A stretch of DNA of 38,971 nt from Chiloscyllium plagiosum (Eukaryota): assembly GCF_004010195.1 (NCBI RefSeq), contig NC_057751.1, positions 6,955,934-6,994,904 of the forward strand, given 5' to 3'. A model generated the notes under the pieces. It worked only from the letters and a program-made list of their open reading frames with translations, made no database searches and was not told where the DNA came from. Below, one piece after another: positions 11,448 through 22,904 of this stretch. The translations under genes were made by a program, and so were the position numbers. Position 1 is the stretch's first letter, and the number at the start of each line of letters is the position of its first letter.

Positions 11448-11761
11448 GGGTGGCACAGTGGCTCAGTGGTTAGCGCTGCTGCCTCACAGCACCAGGGTCC
11501 CAGGTTCTATTCCAGCTTTGGGCAACTCTGTGTGGAGTTTGCACATTCTCCCCATGTCTGCATGGGTTTCCTCTGGGTGTTCCGGTTTCCTCCCACAATC
11601 CAAAGATGTGCAGGTCAGGTGAATTGACCATGCTAAATTGCCCATAGTGCTAGGTGCATTAGTCAGAAGGAAATGGGTCTGGGTGGGTTACTCTTCGGAG
11701 GGTCGGTGTGGACTGTTTGGGCCGAAGGGCTTGTTTCTGCACTGTAGGGAATCTAATCTAA
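11448..11761 (+). mobile_element. HE1-type V-SINE, full length
   Basis: Same A/B boxes, V-domain and (TAATC)n tail as 1909-2220. Confidence 0.9.
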
Positions 11762-12023
11762 CAATGAGCAGGTGAAGTGAAATGATTGAACAGAGGAATC
11801 ATGGGTTATGAAGATGAGGTTTTAATTAAAAGTGAGCTGCGATGTTAGTTGTCAAGAGTTTACAAATGAACTGCCTGTACTTCTTAAGTTCCTCTGTTTG
11901 AAAGTACAATGAGTCCATAAGGTAGTCATGATGGGATTAGAGACTCAGTCTGCAATCAGGAGTGAAAATAGACACAGTGTTCCAAAACAAACTAGTCTGA
12001 TACTACGTATTTTTGCCTTACAG

Positions 12024-12127
12024 ATTTGAGGAAAAATTTTGAACAAGACCCCCAGGCAAAAGAGGTTCCCCTAGAAGGGAAGATCATTTTACACTGTCGT
12101 CCCCCGGAGGGAGTGCCTTCTGCCAAG
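12024..12127 (+). CDS. UNC5D: Netrin receptor UNC5D, next coding exon (start of Ig domain 2; probably exon 4)
   Basis: (Y)[34 protein letters not shown]. Acceptor ttttgccttacAG, donor GTAAGA, 104 nt. Splices in frame with 5601-5744 (T+AT = Tyr). Confidence 0.93.
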
Positions 12128-12659
12128 GTAAGAAGCCTTTGACATTTCACAAACAAACATAATTTAAGAAACTCAGTGACCATTTCTCTCGCTTTCCTGA
12201 CAAAGTGTTTACAATGCCCTCTCGATTATCCATGCACACCATTACCTGAAAGCTGTTTTCTTTTCTGCAACTTAGGCTCCGATCATTCAATTGAGTATTT
12301 TTATTTGATTTTCACTTGCACAGCAGGATTGTTTAACTGGATTTCCAGTACCTGGTAGAATTCGGTATCATATGGTGTTGATATTTAGCTTCAGATCCCA
12401 GAGAGCAGCAGGAGTCAGGCTGCCAGCATCTTCTCGAAAAATAACTCATTTTTAAAATGGATAAAAAGTAGACCTTGTCAATACCTGCTGGGAACTTGAT
12501 TGGATAAAAGAAAGAAGCATTCTCGTTTATATACAATGTTTTATCTCAGATATGTCAAGGCACTTCATTCAAAGTGGTCGATTTATTTTTTTGCCTGTCA
12601 TAGTCAGAAGCATCCCCCCCAAATAGAGAGACCGGCTCATCTAGTTTTAATAATGAAGA

Positions 12660-14200
12660 TACAAACCAGGAGCAGAATTAGACCACTCAACCAATCCAGC
12701 CTTCTCTGCCATTCAGTAAGACCATGGTTCATCTGTTTTTGTTTGCAAATCCCCATGCACTTTGGCTAACCTAGGAGTCTGTGGCCTATCAAAAATCAGT
12801 CTATCTCTGACTTCAAAATACCAGAGTCCCCACCTCCATATCTTTCTGTGCCAGAGAATTCCCAGGTCCATAAGATGTTCGAGACGAATAAGGCCATTCA
12901 GCCCATAAGTCTGCTCCACCACTTGCTCAGGCCTGATGAGTTGCACATCATCTCTAATCCTATAAGGGCAACCCCTAAATTTAAAACAGTGTCACCCGTT
13001 TCCAGACTGACCCACAAGAGGAACCATCCTTGACACGTCTGCCTTGTCAACACCATTCAGGATTAGATCATTGAAAAAAAAGTAGGAGCAAAACTAGGCC
13101 ATTCAGCCATCGAGTTAACTCTGCTACTCAAATGAAGTCAAGGCTGATTTGATACCCCACTTTCCTCCTTTCTCCCCATAACCGTTGATTCTCTTTCAGA
13201 TTCAAAATCGGTCGGTCACAGCCTTGAATATACTTAATGATCCATCCTCTATGGTCGTCTGTGCTGAAGAATTCCACAGATTCACCCCCTGAGAGAAGGA
13301 ATTCATCCTCATCTCTGTCTCAACTGGGTGATCCCACACTTCTGGATCAGTGGTGCTGGAAGAGCACAGCAATTCAGGCAGCATCCGAAAAGCTTGGATT
13401 TCGAAGCTTTTCGGTTGCTGCCTGAACTGCTGTGCTCTTCCAGCACCACTGATCCAGAATCTGGTTTCCAGCATCTGCAGTCATTGTTTTTACCTCGTTG
13501 ATTTTGATCCCACACTTTGCAATTATGCCCTCTGGGTCTAAATTCTCCCACAAGGAGAAACAATGTCTCAGCATCTACCCTGTCAAGTTTCCCAAAAAAT
13601 GTAAAATATATTTCACTGAGATTTCATCTTATCTTCCTGATCTCCAGTGAATACAAACCCAAACTGTAGACACTTTCTATCATCCTCAATGCTTGCCTTT
13701 CCACCAGTTTTATGACATCGCAAATGTGATGATTGTATATTCACTTTCCTCATCCAAGCCTTAATATGTATTGTACATTGTGGCACGACTTGCGACCCCT
13801 GTGACACTCCACTGATTGAAATGATTCCATTCGGAAATTGATCCGTTATTCCAACTTTGTCTACTATTAGGAAGTCAATCCTCAATCTTGACTAATATAC
13901 TTCTACCATCAGCCCTTGTTTTCCGAGCTAGCTGAATTTGCGGATTCTTATCAAATGCCTTTTGGATCCCAAATACATGTTGTACACTTCAATCATGTCA
14001 CCCCTCTTTTAAACTCCATAGGAAACAATTCCAGCCTGTCCAAACTATTAATCTTAAGACAACACACTCATTCCAGGTATTAATCAAGTAAACTTCCCCT
14101 GAACAATATCCAATGCATTTACATTTTTCCTTAAAAAATGAGACCAAAACTGTACACAGTATTCATGATGTGGTCTCACCGATGCCTGGTATAATTAAGA
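12660..14200 (-). mobile_element. Cluster of nested old CR1-like LINE 3'/RT fragments
   Basis: Repeated 3' UTR starts (ggagca...taggccattcagcc at ~12668, 12890, 13085); RT remnant ISGVSQGSQV on the minus strand near 13790-13820. Confidence 0.65.
13342..13504 (+). mobile_element. Young fold-back Penelope-terminus insertion (near-perfect hairpin)
   Basis: Arms 13340-13395 and 13404-13459 are reverse complements with 2 mismatches. Perfect 13-bp TSD TGATCCCACACTT at 13329-13341 and 13505-13517. Confidence 0.88.
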
Positions 14201-15111
14201 TTGAGAACAGAGTCAAAGGGCATCTTGTGGCAGAAAGAATGATGGAATTTATTTCCAGGATTAGTAATTGTGGCGTGAACTGTGTCAACATTCAAGATTA
14301 GATTCTAAAAAGGGAAAGAATTTGAACAACTTGAAGAAATATAATTTAAACTGTTTTGTCATGTGGAGAGTAAACAGCGACATGCCCTGTTTGGGCCAAA
14401 TGAGTTGTTTCCGTGCTGCAACCTCTACACATCTATCTTGCAGTTTCTAGGAATGTGATTCTGATGGAGCTAAACTCGTGCTAAAAATTCACACGACTTC
14501 TTGTCTACTTCAATCCTTATGCTGCATTTAGCTTTTAATAGAATCCAAGGAATATTCCATTAAGCGTCTAATTACTCCACTTCATTTGTTGTCAACAACA
14601 ATGTCTTTGTGTTCCAACTCATTGAAATGCACCGTCCAATTCACAAAAGGGTTTTGTTCTATTTGCATCTCTGTGCTCGTCCGTCACAATTTCAGACGAG
14701 GGAAAGCTGCATAATTATGGGATGTCTTCTGTTTGTCCAGGGGGAATGAGGCAGTAAACATTCTTTCCATAATTTAATTAAAGTGTATATTCTGTCAACT
14801 TCCATTTGGCAACTTTCCCAGGTAATTACATTTTAGGTTCCAACAACAATGCTTTACACATACCTCTATGTAATATATTCAAAACCTTCCTGCTGGATAG
14901 ATGTGAAAAATTCAACTGCATCTCTCATGCCCTTCTGGAAATGGAACATTGCCTTTATCTTCGTATTGCCACATCACAATTATACTTACACTTCTGGAGA
15001 AAGGTGTGACAGTTGTGCACCCTCATTCAAGTATTGCCAACCTTTGAAGCTTGCTTCACATGAAGACTGCAAATTCATTGAAGGTTGTTGTTTTTTTTTT
15101 AAATAGCTGTT

Positions 15112-15455
15112 TATTTTTTCATTCATTCAAGAGCTCTGGGTATCGCTACTCAGCCCCATCGAACTGACAGACCCTGCTCGGCCATTTTAGACAGCACATG
15201 AGAATCGACCACATAGCTGTGGGTCGGGAGTCATAAATATACCAGACTGGCTAAGGACAGCAAAGTTTTTTATTTCAAGGTCATCAGATTTATTTGCCTC
15301 AGTTCTGTATTTTCATGATCATCATTGCCAAGATGGTCTTCTTATTCCAAATTCATTTGATTTACTGAATTTAAATTCCCATGATGCTGTGATGGGATTC
15401 AAATTCGTGTCAGCAGAATTCGTGTTACTCGTTCACTGACATAGCCACTATCCTA
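15112..15455 (-). mobile_element. Second tRNA-like SINE family, decayed
   Basis: Shares gtgggtc.ggagtca...accagact/ccag.gtaag and gaatt.aaatt blocks with 23975-24210 and 29205-29630. Confidence 0.6.
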
Positions 15456-15794
15456 TTTTATTCCCATTTAGAAATTATAAAACTATCAATAGATGGTTGT
15501 TTTTCATTTGAATCAAAGTATTACTCATTTTATGTGATCTTTTACTTAGTTCTCAGCCCTCTGATTCCATATCCAACCAGTCCATATTGTTTTCTCTTTC
15601 ATTATCTATCCATTTGCTTTCTACTTTAAAGCTGCTTAAATTCCAGTCTGCTGGCAAGTTGCAGACTATACATTTTGACAACCCCAATCCTGTGCTTCTT
15701 GTTTAGATTTGCTGCTTTGTCCTATTTGTCCAGCTCAATATCAACCATGATCTAAGGCAATGGCACACCAGACTCAAGGGATTGAATGGCTTAC

Positions 15795-16422
15795 TGTTAT
15801 CAACCTGGCCAGGCTCCCTCAAAGCACTTCAAGAAGGTAGCCTGGACCTGAACTTTGCTAGTTGTTTTAAGCAGGATATTCTAAAAGGGATGCAGCTGGC
15901 CCAACCACTTCGTGCTAAACAAAACAGAATTGATTTGCAAGATTACCAAATGAAATGCAAACAAAAGAGAACAAAATTCAGAATAACTTAACCTGTCCGA
16001 AAACCCAACAGATTATCCCAGTTTAATGATGCTGTTCCAAATTCCTGCAACAATCCCCATAAATACTCCTTGGCACAAAAGGTAAAGTTAAACACAGAGG
16101 GAGAGAGAGATGGCAGAGAGATTCAGCATGGAACAACTGCTTCCATTGAGCTGTTTCTTGGACCAGTGGCCTCAAAACTGCTTGCTAAAGCCAAAACAAA
16201 CCAGAGAAAATCTGAGCTGGAAGAACTGGCCATTCCCCCTTCATTGGACAAGTCTTCTATTTTAATTTGAAAGCCTTCTGCCTGAGGCAGTATCTGTTAG
16301 CTACCAACAAATTGGCCCATAAACCCATCCAAGCCAGACCTCTCAGCAACTTGGTGTTTGTGACCCTTCTGAGAAAAAAAACAAGAACAACGTAACCTTG
16401 TTGAAGGAGCAGCAGCATCACA
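15795..16422 (-). repeat. 3' LTR
   Basis: TGTTAT...ATCACA; homologous to 21040-21642. Confidence 0.9.
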
Positions 16423-16434
16423 CCTTCCCCCTTT
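16423..16434 (-). other. Polypurine tract
   Basis: AAAGGGGGAAGG on the minus strand, abutting the 3' LTR. Confidence 0.85.
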
Positions 16435-16599
16435 AGAAAAAAGTGTACTATAAATATCCAAAGATGGCTTCATTTTAAAATCCATTAATCTTAAATTGTT
16501 ACAACACCCATATATCTTACATTGACAATAATCATGCTAACATTTTGTTCCAGTCTGTTTTACTCCGGCCACCAAACGCCACCGTTTCTCATTCAAGTC

Positions 16600-18000
16600 T
16601 CGACATTGCATCAGCAATCACGCCCTTCCACATGCCCAGTTTTCAAATTGAATGGTTGTAACAACAAGCTCCATTTAAACAGTCTGGAATTTTTGTCCCT
16701 AAATTTCTCCACAAAGTTCAGTGGGTTAAGATCAGTGTCTATGACTGTCTCAGATACATTACTGGTAACACAAACATTGAAATGTTGTAACGCCAACACC
16801 AAGCTCAAAGTCTCCTTCTCAACTGTCCAATATTTCTCTGGGAGAAAGTAAGGACTGCAGATGCTGGAGATTGGAGTCAAAATGTGTGGCTCTGGAAAAG
16901 CACAGCTGATTAGGCAGCATCCAAGGAGCAGGAGAACTGATGTTTCAAGCATAGTAACGTTGACTCTCCTTCTGCTCAGGTGCTGCCTGATGGGCTGTGC
17001 TTTTCCAGAGCCCACACTTTTTGACTGACAAATATTTCAGCAGATGAATGTTCAATTTCCTCGAAAAATACCCAATAGGTCTTTCTATCTTCTCATCGTC
17101 TTCCTGTAAGAACACAGCACCAACCCCCACATCACTCGCATTGATAGCCACCTCAATGGTTAACACCACTTTCAGGCTGTCAAATGCCTTCTCACAGTCT
17201 ACTGTCCACTGATACTTCTTGCCTTTCTTGAGCAATTCAGTGAGTGGAGCAGTCACACTACCAAAACCTGGTACGAATTTTCGATAAAATCCACTTAATC
17301 ATGCATAGTACTGCTCTTTTTGTCGATGGTATGGGAAATTCCCCAATTATCTTTGTTTTCGCATTCCATTGGGCTATTTGTCCATGTCCAATAACATAAC
17401 CCAGGAAGGTGACTTGGGCTTTGACAAATTCACTTTTAGCCAGGTTTATCACTAAGCCTGCCTCCTGAAGTTGGTCAAACAATTTGGATAAATGTTACAA
17501 ACATTCCTTCCATGTGTGACTAAACATCACCAGGTCATCAATATAAGCTACACAATTGGGTATTCCGGAAATGCCTTTATTGGTTAGTCTCTGCAATGTG
17601 GTTGGCGCATTTTTCATACCAAACGGCCAGACTTAGCTGATACAGTCCATTCAGCATGACAAAAGCTGCAATTGTCTCAGCTTTTTCAGACAAAGGGACC
17701 TACCAGTATCCTCTGAGCAAGTCAAACTTAGAAATATAAGTTGTTTGTCCCACCTGTTCAACACAGTCTTCCAAACATGGAATCGGACATGTGTCAGTCT
17801 TCGTAACTGCATTGACGTTGTAGTGGTTCACACGTAGCCTTTGGGTACCATCTGGTGTTGACACCATTACTCTGGGTGTCACCGTAACTTGCTTTGATTA
17901 TGTCATCTTGGAGCATGCATTCAATCTCCTTTTGAACCTGTGACAACTTTAGGTGGTGATGCATACAAAGATGTTACTTAATCGGAACAGCATCTCCTGT
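16600..18000 (-). pseudogene. Gypsy RT and RNase H remnants
   Basis: PIPCLEDCVEQVGQTTYISKFDLLRGYW; CVAYIDDLV (YIDD at 17534-17545); LQEAGLVINLAKSEF...VTFLGY; AINASDVGVGAVFLQ...PIGYFSRKL; TVEKETLSLVLAL...DTDLNPL. Confidence 0.9.
16841..17023 (-). mobile_element. Fold-back Penelope-terminus insertion inside gypsy RNase H
   Basis: Arms agtcaaaatgtgtggctctggaaaagcacagc...ggcagca and tgctgcctga...gctgtgcttttccagagcccacactttttgact. Degenerate TSD actgtccaatatttc / actgacaaatatttc splits the RH motif KY-x-TVEKE. Confidence 0.82.
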
Positions 18001-18249
18001 ATCTACGTCATGCATACTAGGTTAGTACTTCCCAGCTGATTTCCACATTCCTCCCTCTGTGATACTAATAACTCTTCCAGGTCATTTCGATTTTCCTCTG
18101 GAAGGTAACTCAATAACTTATCCCAACTTTTGACAACTTCCTCATTGTTCAGTTTAATTTGAGCTACGTCCAATTCAGAATCCTCTGTACGTAGTTCTTC
18201 TTTCTGTGTTGTAACCAATAACACAGTCTCCTTTGGCTTTCCTTCCCTG

Positions 18250-19435
18250 TCAAAATACCTTTTGAGCATATTCACATGACACACGGTGAGATTTCTTTCT
18301 GTGTGGAGTCCTTATCAAATAGTTCACCTCACTCAATTTCCTTTCAACTTGATAAGGTCCACTAAACTTTGCTTTTAAAGGTTCACCTATCATTGGAAGT
18401 AACACTAACACCTTATCTCCGATAGCAAAATTGCAAGATTTTGATTTTTTTGTTTGCTTCCTGTTTCATTGTATGCCATGATACTTTTAAATGCTGTCTA
18501 GTCAACTCCCCACTCTATTTAATCGTACCCTGTATTTTGACACATAGTCCAAATATGTAGTCTCTGAATTATGACTTAACAATTTCTCCTTCATTCATTT
18601 TAGCTGTCCTCTCACTTCACACCCAAAAACTAATTCAAATGGACTGAATTTGGTCGATGCATTAGGTGCATCTCTGATCACTAAAAGTATAAATGTAATA
18701 CCTTATCCCAATCATCTGGATAGTCTTGATTATAAGCCCTCAACATAGTGTTTAATATCTGATGCCACGTTTCTAGTCCTCCCTGCAACTCTGGATGGTA
18801 CACAGTAGATTATTTTATTCCTCAACTGCCTATAACCTCCTTGAATAATTTTGATGTGAAGCTTGACCCTTGATCTGATTGTATCTCTATGGGTAGTCCA
18901 TATCTAGTGAAAAATTTGAGTAACTTCTCTACAATCCTTTAAGCTGTGATTTTGCGTAATGGAATGGCCTCTGGAAATCTAGTGATCGCATCCATTATTG
19001 TTATCAAATACTGCTTCCCATTTTTTTGTTTTAAGTATGGGCCCTATGCAACCAATTAAGATTTTTAAAAGGTTCCTCAAATGCAGGAATAGATATTAAA
19101 GGTGCGTGTTTTATCACTGCCTGTCGTTTTCCAATTACCTGACATGTCTGGCAAAACTCACGTATGTCCTCGTGCAGTCCAGGCCAGTAAAAATGTTTCT
19201 GTATTTTAGCTTGAGTTTTTCTCATCCCCAAATGACTCAGTTGTGGCAGTTCATGCACCACTCGCAACACCTCCTTTCCATAGCCCACTGGTAATTTGAC
19301 TTGATGAACTTCTGCCCATTTCTCATCTGCCTGAATATGTGATGGTCTCCATTTCCTCAATAAGATATCATTTTTAAGATAGCACATTTCAGGGATACAG
19401 TCAGATTCTTTTTCCGTGTATGCCTTTTGATACAA
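18250..19435 (-). pseudogene. Gypsy integrase remnant (HHCC zinc finger, DDE core, GPY/F)
   Basis: HELPQLSHLGMRKT...HFYWPGL...CQTCQ; IMDAITRFPEAIPL; IQSDQGSSFTS; YHPELQGGLE; KFSGPYQV. Confidence 0.9.
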
Positions 19436-19739
19436 TTCTTTAAATTTTAATCTTTCTGTTGTACTTCAGTTAATTTATCTGAGCTGAAGATATCTGCTTT
19501 TTCATCTACTTGCTCCTGGTTTGTGTTAACAGTTTGATCAAACAGGGTTTCTGCAAATTACACTTCAACTTTCTTATCTGTACTCTTTGATGTCTCCTGT
19601 TTCAGCTGGTGACTTTGTGACCTCATTACCACACAGTCAGGAAAATTCCCAGGATATGTGTCTGAAATTGTTCAGTTGCCTGAGTTCCCACTAGCTTTTC
19701 AACGATAGTAGGCAGCTCTCCTCCCTGTGAACCAGCTTT

Positions 19740-20908
19740 ATCGTGAGCAAAGTCGAATTGTATTCTTGGAGCTGAAAGTTTGTCCGGTACTCCTACCACG
19801 ATTTCTCCACTCTTCACTTGACACTCTAACCTCACTAGACATAATTAAGCACTTCTTGTGAATTCCTCCAACTAGTACCTTTCCTGGCAATAATCCTTCA
19901 GAGGTAAGTATCTCCTCATCTTTCAACATGAAAAATTGAGAGGGCCCTGTATCTCTTAATACTCTAACTTGTTTACCTACTGCTCCTGGTGTTTGCAAGT
20001 AAACTTTACCTTCGCAGTTATATGATTTAAGGAGATCTGGCACTTCCTCCTTAACCAACCTCCGACCAGGTTGCATATTCTGGTGCAGCTTTCTAGCCTT
20101 CACTGTGCTTTCCGTTACCTCTCCAACAAAATGCATTGGCTTATCCTGTTTTCCTACATCTGGCTTCCCAGTGCTTTTCCTAACCCTCCAAAACTGTGAT
20201 TTCATATGGCCCACTTTATTGCAGTGAAAACACCAGAGCTTTTTAACTTCTCTTTCCTCTTCAAGGGTTTCGTTTTTATCCTGTGGTAAGATAATGATCT
20301 TGACCGATATCTACATTTCCTTTTCTGCATGAGGATTTCTCTTCCCCAACTTCTTTCCTTCACTGATTGAAATTGATTTTGGAAGCCAAACTTTGATTTA
20401 TGGACCAACTTAAACCAAGTGTCTTGGGTTTGCTTTATCTTTAATTCCCCTATCCAACTATCAAAATTAATTTGTTTGTTCCTTTCAAAATCAAGTATGT
20501 TTGACCAGGGTCCCTCACTTAAGTTGACTTTCTTCACTTCCTCATATGCCCTGGATACCTCCTCTGATAGTGATGCAAATACCTCACTAGCACTACCGAC
20601 AAGTTTTGTTTAGATCAACAAAACCCACGTCGTCACTGGCCTCTTCATTTGTTTAGCTACCTTTTCAAATGAAATGAAAAGGCTTCCACATCCTTCTCAT
20701 CAAATTTAGGCAACACTGGAATATATTTCAACAGCAAATTTAAATGTTGAGCTATTGCTGTAATTATGTCTCTTTTCCTAAAGGAAGGAGACAGCTCCAA
20801 CTCCAGCTTGTCTGCTAATTCCAGCAGCTTGGCCTTAATCACCTTTTGCAAAAACCCCAAAGTCACTTCTTCCAACCTCAGAAAACTCTTAGTGACTGAA
20901 AGAGCCAT
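19740..20908 (-). pseudogene. Gypsy gag (with zinc knuckle) and aspartic protease remnants
   Basis: MALSVTKSFL...PKFDEKDVEAF; knuckle-like CFHCNKVGHM near 20205-20235; VRVLRDTG protease motif near 19950. Confidence 0.8.
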
Positions 20909-21018
20909 TACACTGTTTAAACCAACCAAAATCAACACCCAGAACAAAAGACAGTAACACCTACCACTCGCTGCCTTCAAGTCCAGCAATCCTCATCCCA
21001 ATCGGAACTAGACAACAA

Positions 21019-21036
21019 GTTCCGGACAAGCCCCCA
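21019..21036 (-). other. Primer-binding site, tRNA-Pro type
   Basis: TGGGGGCTTGTCCGGAAC 3 nt inside the 5' LTR, versus the canonical Pro PBS TGGGGGCTCGTCCGGGAT. Confidence 0.85.
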
Positions 21037-21039
21037 GTA

Positions 21040-21642
21040 TGTTATGGACCAGGCCAGACTCCCTCAAAACATTTCAACAAAGTAGCACAGACCCTAACCT
21101 TTCTCAATGTTTTAAGCATATGTAATGTGGATATTCCAGGAAGGTTGCAGCTGGCCCACCACTTAGTTTTAAACAAAACAGAATTTATTTGCAAGACTGC
21201 CAATTGAAACACGAATGAAAGAGAACAGAAAAGCAGAATAATTTAATCTATCTGAAAACCCAACAGATTATCCCATATTAATGATCCTGTTCCAAATTCC
21301 TGCAACAATCCCCATAAACACCCCTTGGCAAGCAAGGTAAAATCAAACACAAGGAACACCACCTTCCATGCAACTGTTTCTTGGACCAGCAGCCTCAAAA
21401 CTGCTTGCTAAAATCAAACCAACCCAGCGGAAAACGAGCTGGAAGAACTGGCCATTCCCCCTTCATTGTACAAAATCTTTTAGACTTGAAAGCCTTTTGC
21501 CTAAGGCAGTATCTGTTAGCTTTAATCAAATTGGCACTAATACCCAGCCAAGCCAAACCTCTCAGCAACTCTGTAGTAATGAGCCTTCTGAAAATAAAAA
21601 CCATGGACAACATAACCTTGTTAAAGGAGCATCATCGTCACA
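21040..21642 (-). repeat. 5' LTR
   Basis: TGTTAT...GTCACA; homologous to 15795-16422. Confidence 0.9.
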
Positions 21643-22904
21643 TTACCCCTACTCCTGTTTCTCATGTTCAAAGTGTTGGTCATATTTGAATTTGGATTTG
21701 GTGGTCAATAAAACCATGATCGTAACAGCATGAGCTGTTAGCTCTCGTGAAACTAGGGATTGAAAATGAATCAGAGCATTCAATATGGACCAGCATTGGC
21801 TGCAAAGCTAAGACACTTCTGCTCTTCAGAAAAATTGCAATGACTTCACAACCACTTCGGCTGCAAAATAGAACTTGCATGGACAAATTCCCATGTTTTA
21901 AATTCTTTAAGTTACCCTCTCCTACACACAACAGTTGACGGAGTTTTAGATCTCAACATGTGTATGGAGAAATAGTCATGGATTTGTTTAAAATACAATG
22001 TAAAAGATGGATATGGGCTTGTGGAGATCATAAGGAAAATGTGCTAAGTGCCACATCAATTAGAAATTTTGTGACGTATCTGTTGTGTTCAATGAACATG
22101 TCCAACTCAACTTACTACGCACAAATGCTCAAATAGTGTCTGAATTGCCAAAGTGGAATGCAGATGGGTACGTGTGCTAATCGATGATAATGTCCCATCT
22201 GGTGTCTTCACAGGGCTTAGGGAACCCTGTGGAGCGCCAGCCGCATTGAAGGAGCAGCACACAGGCATCAGCACCTGCACTCTCTGCAGAAACACAGGCA
22301 GCTACAATAAAATGCAAGAGTTGGTGCTTCTGAGGAAGTGCAGGATTAGGAAGGGTTAGCAGTTCTGAAGAGCCAGCTGATACAGAACAAAGACTCAGTA
22401 TGCTCACTGCCAGCTTTACAGGGGTACAGATCTGCATTGGTCTGCTTGCAAAATGTGTTTGTTGGAGAAATAGGCCAATAAAAGGAATAAAAAACCTTGC
22501 GTTTTAAGACTGCCTTTCACAAACAAGCTTCACAAAGCCCTGAAATTTCGTCCTTTGAAATCCTGTCACTTTCGCCATGGGAACAGTCTCTTAAGCCTTC
22601 TTCCACCATTCAATTAGGTTATTGCTGAACTGTATCTGAAGTCAATTTTTCTATCCTGTGGTTGCTAAGGTGACTAAAATAATACAGTGTCTGATTACAG
22701 TAATTTGTGGCGAGGAGTGAAGGACATTAGACGATAGACATTAAACATGAGACTCAAACACAAAGAAGACCTGTGTCTCTTTCTTGCTGCAATGAACCAT
22801 GAGCTTATACTTTCATTGGTGTCATCTTCTTCCCAGAATCTTGACTGAACAGTGATTGGGGTCCTGATTCTAAATGTCATATGGAAACGTGAGCCCTTTC
22901 ATGG

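Larger units (their letters stand above)
15795..21642 (-). mobile_element. Full-length decayed Ty3/gypsy LTR retrotransposon, Gmr1-like (gag-PR-IN-RT-RH)
   Basis: Two LTRs (15795-16422, 21040-21642) with TG...CA ends and 4-bp TSD TTAC (15791-15794, 21643-21646). PBS and PPT present; domains recognisable but broken by frameshifts and stops. Confidence 0.93.
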
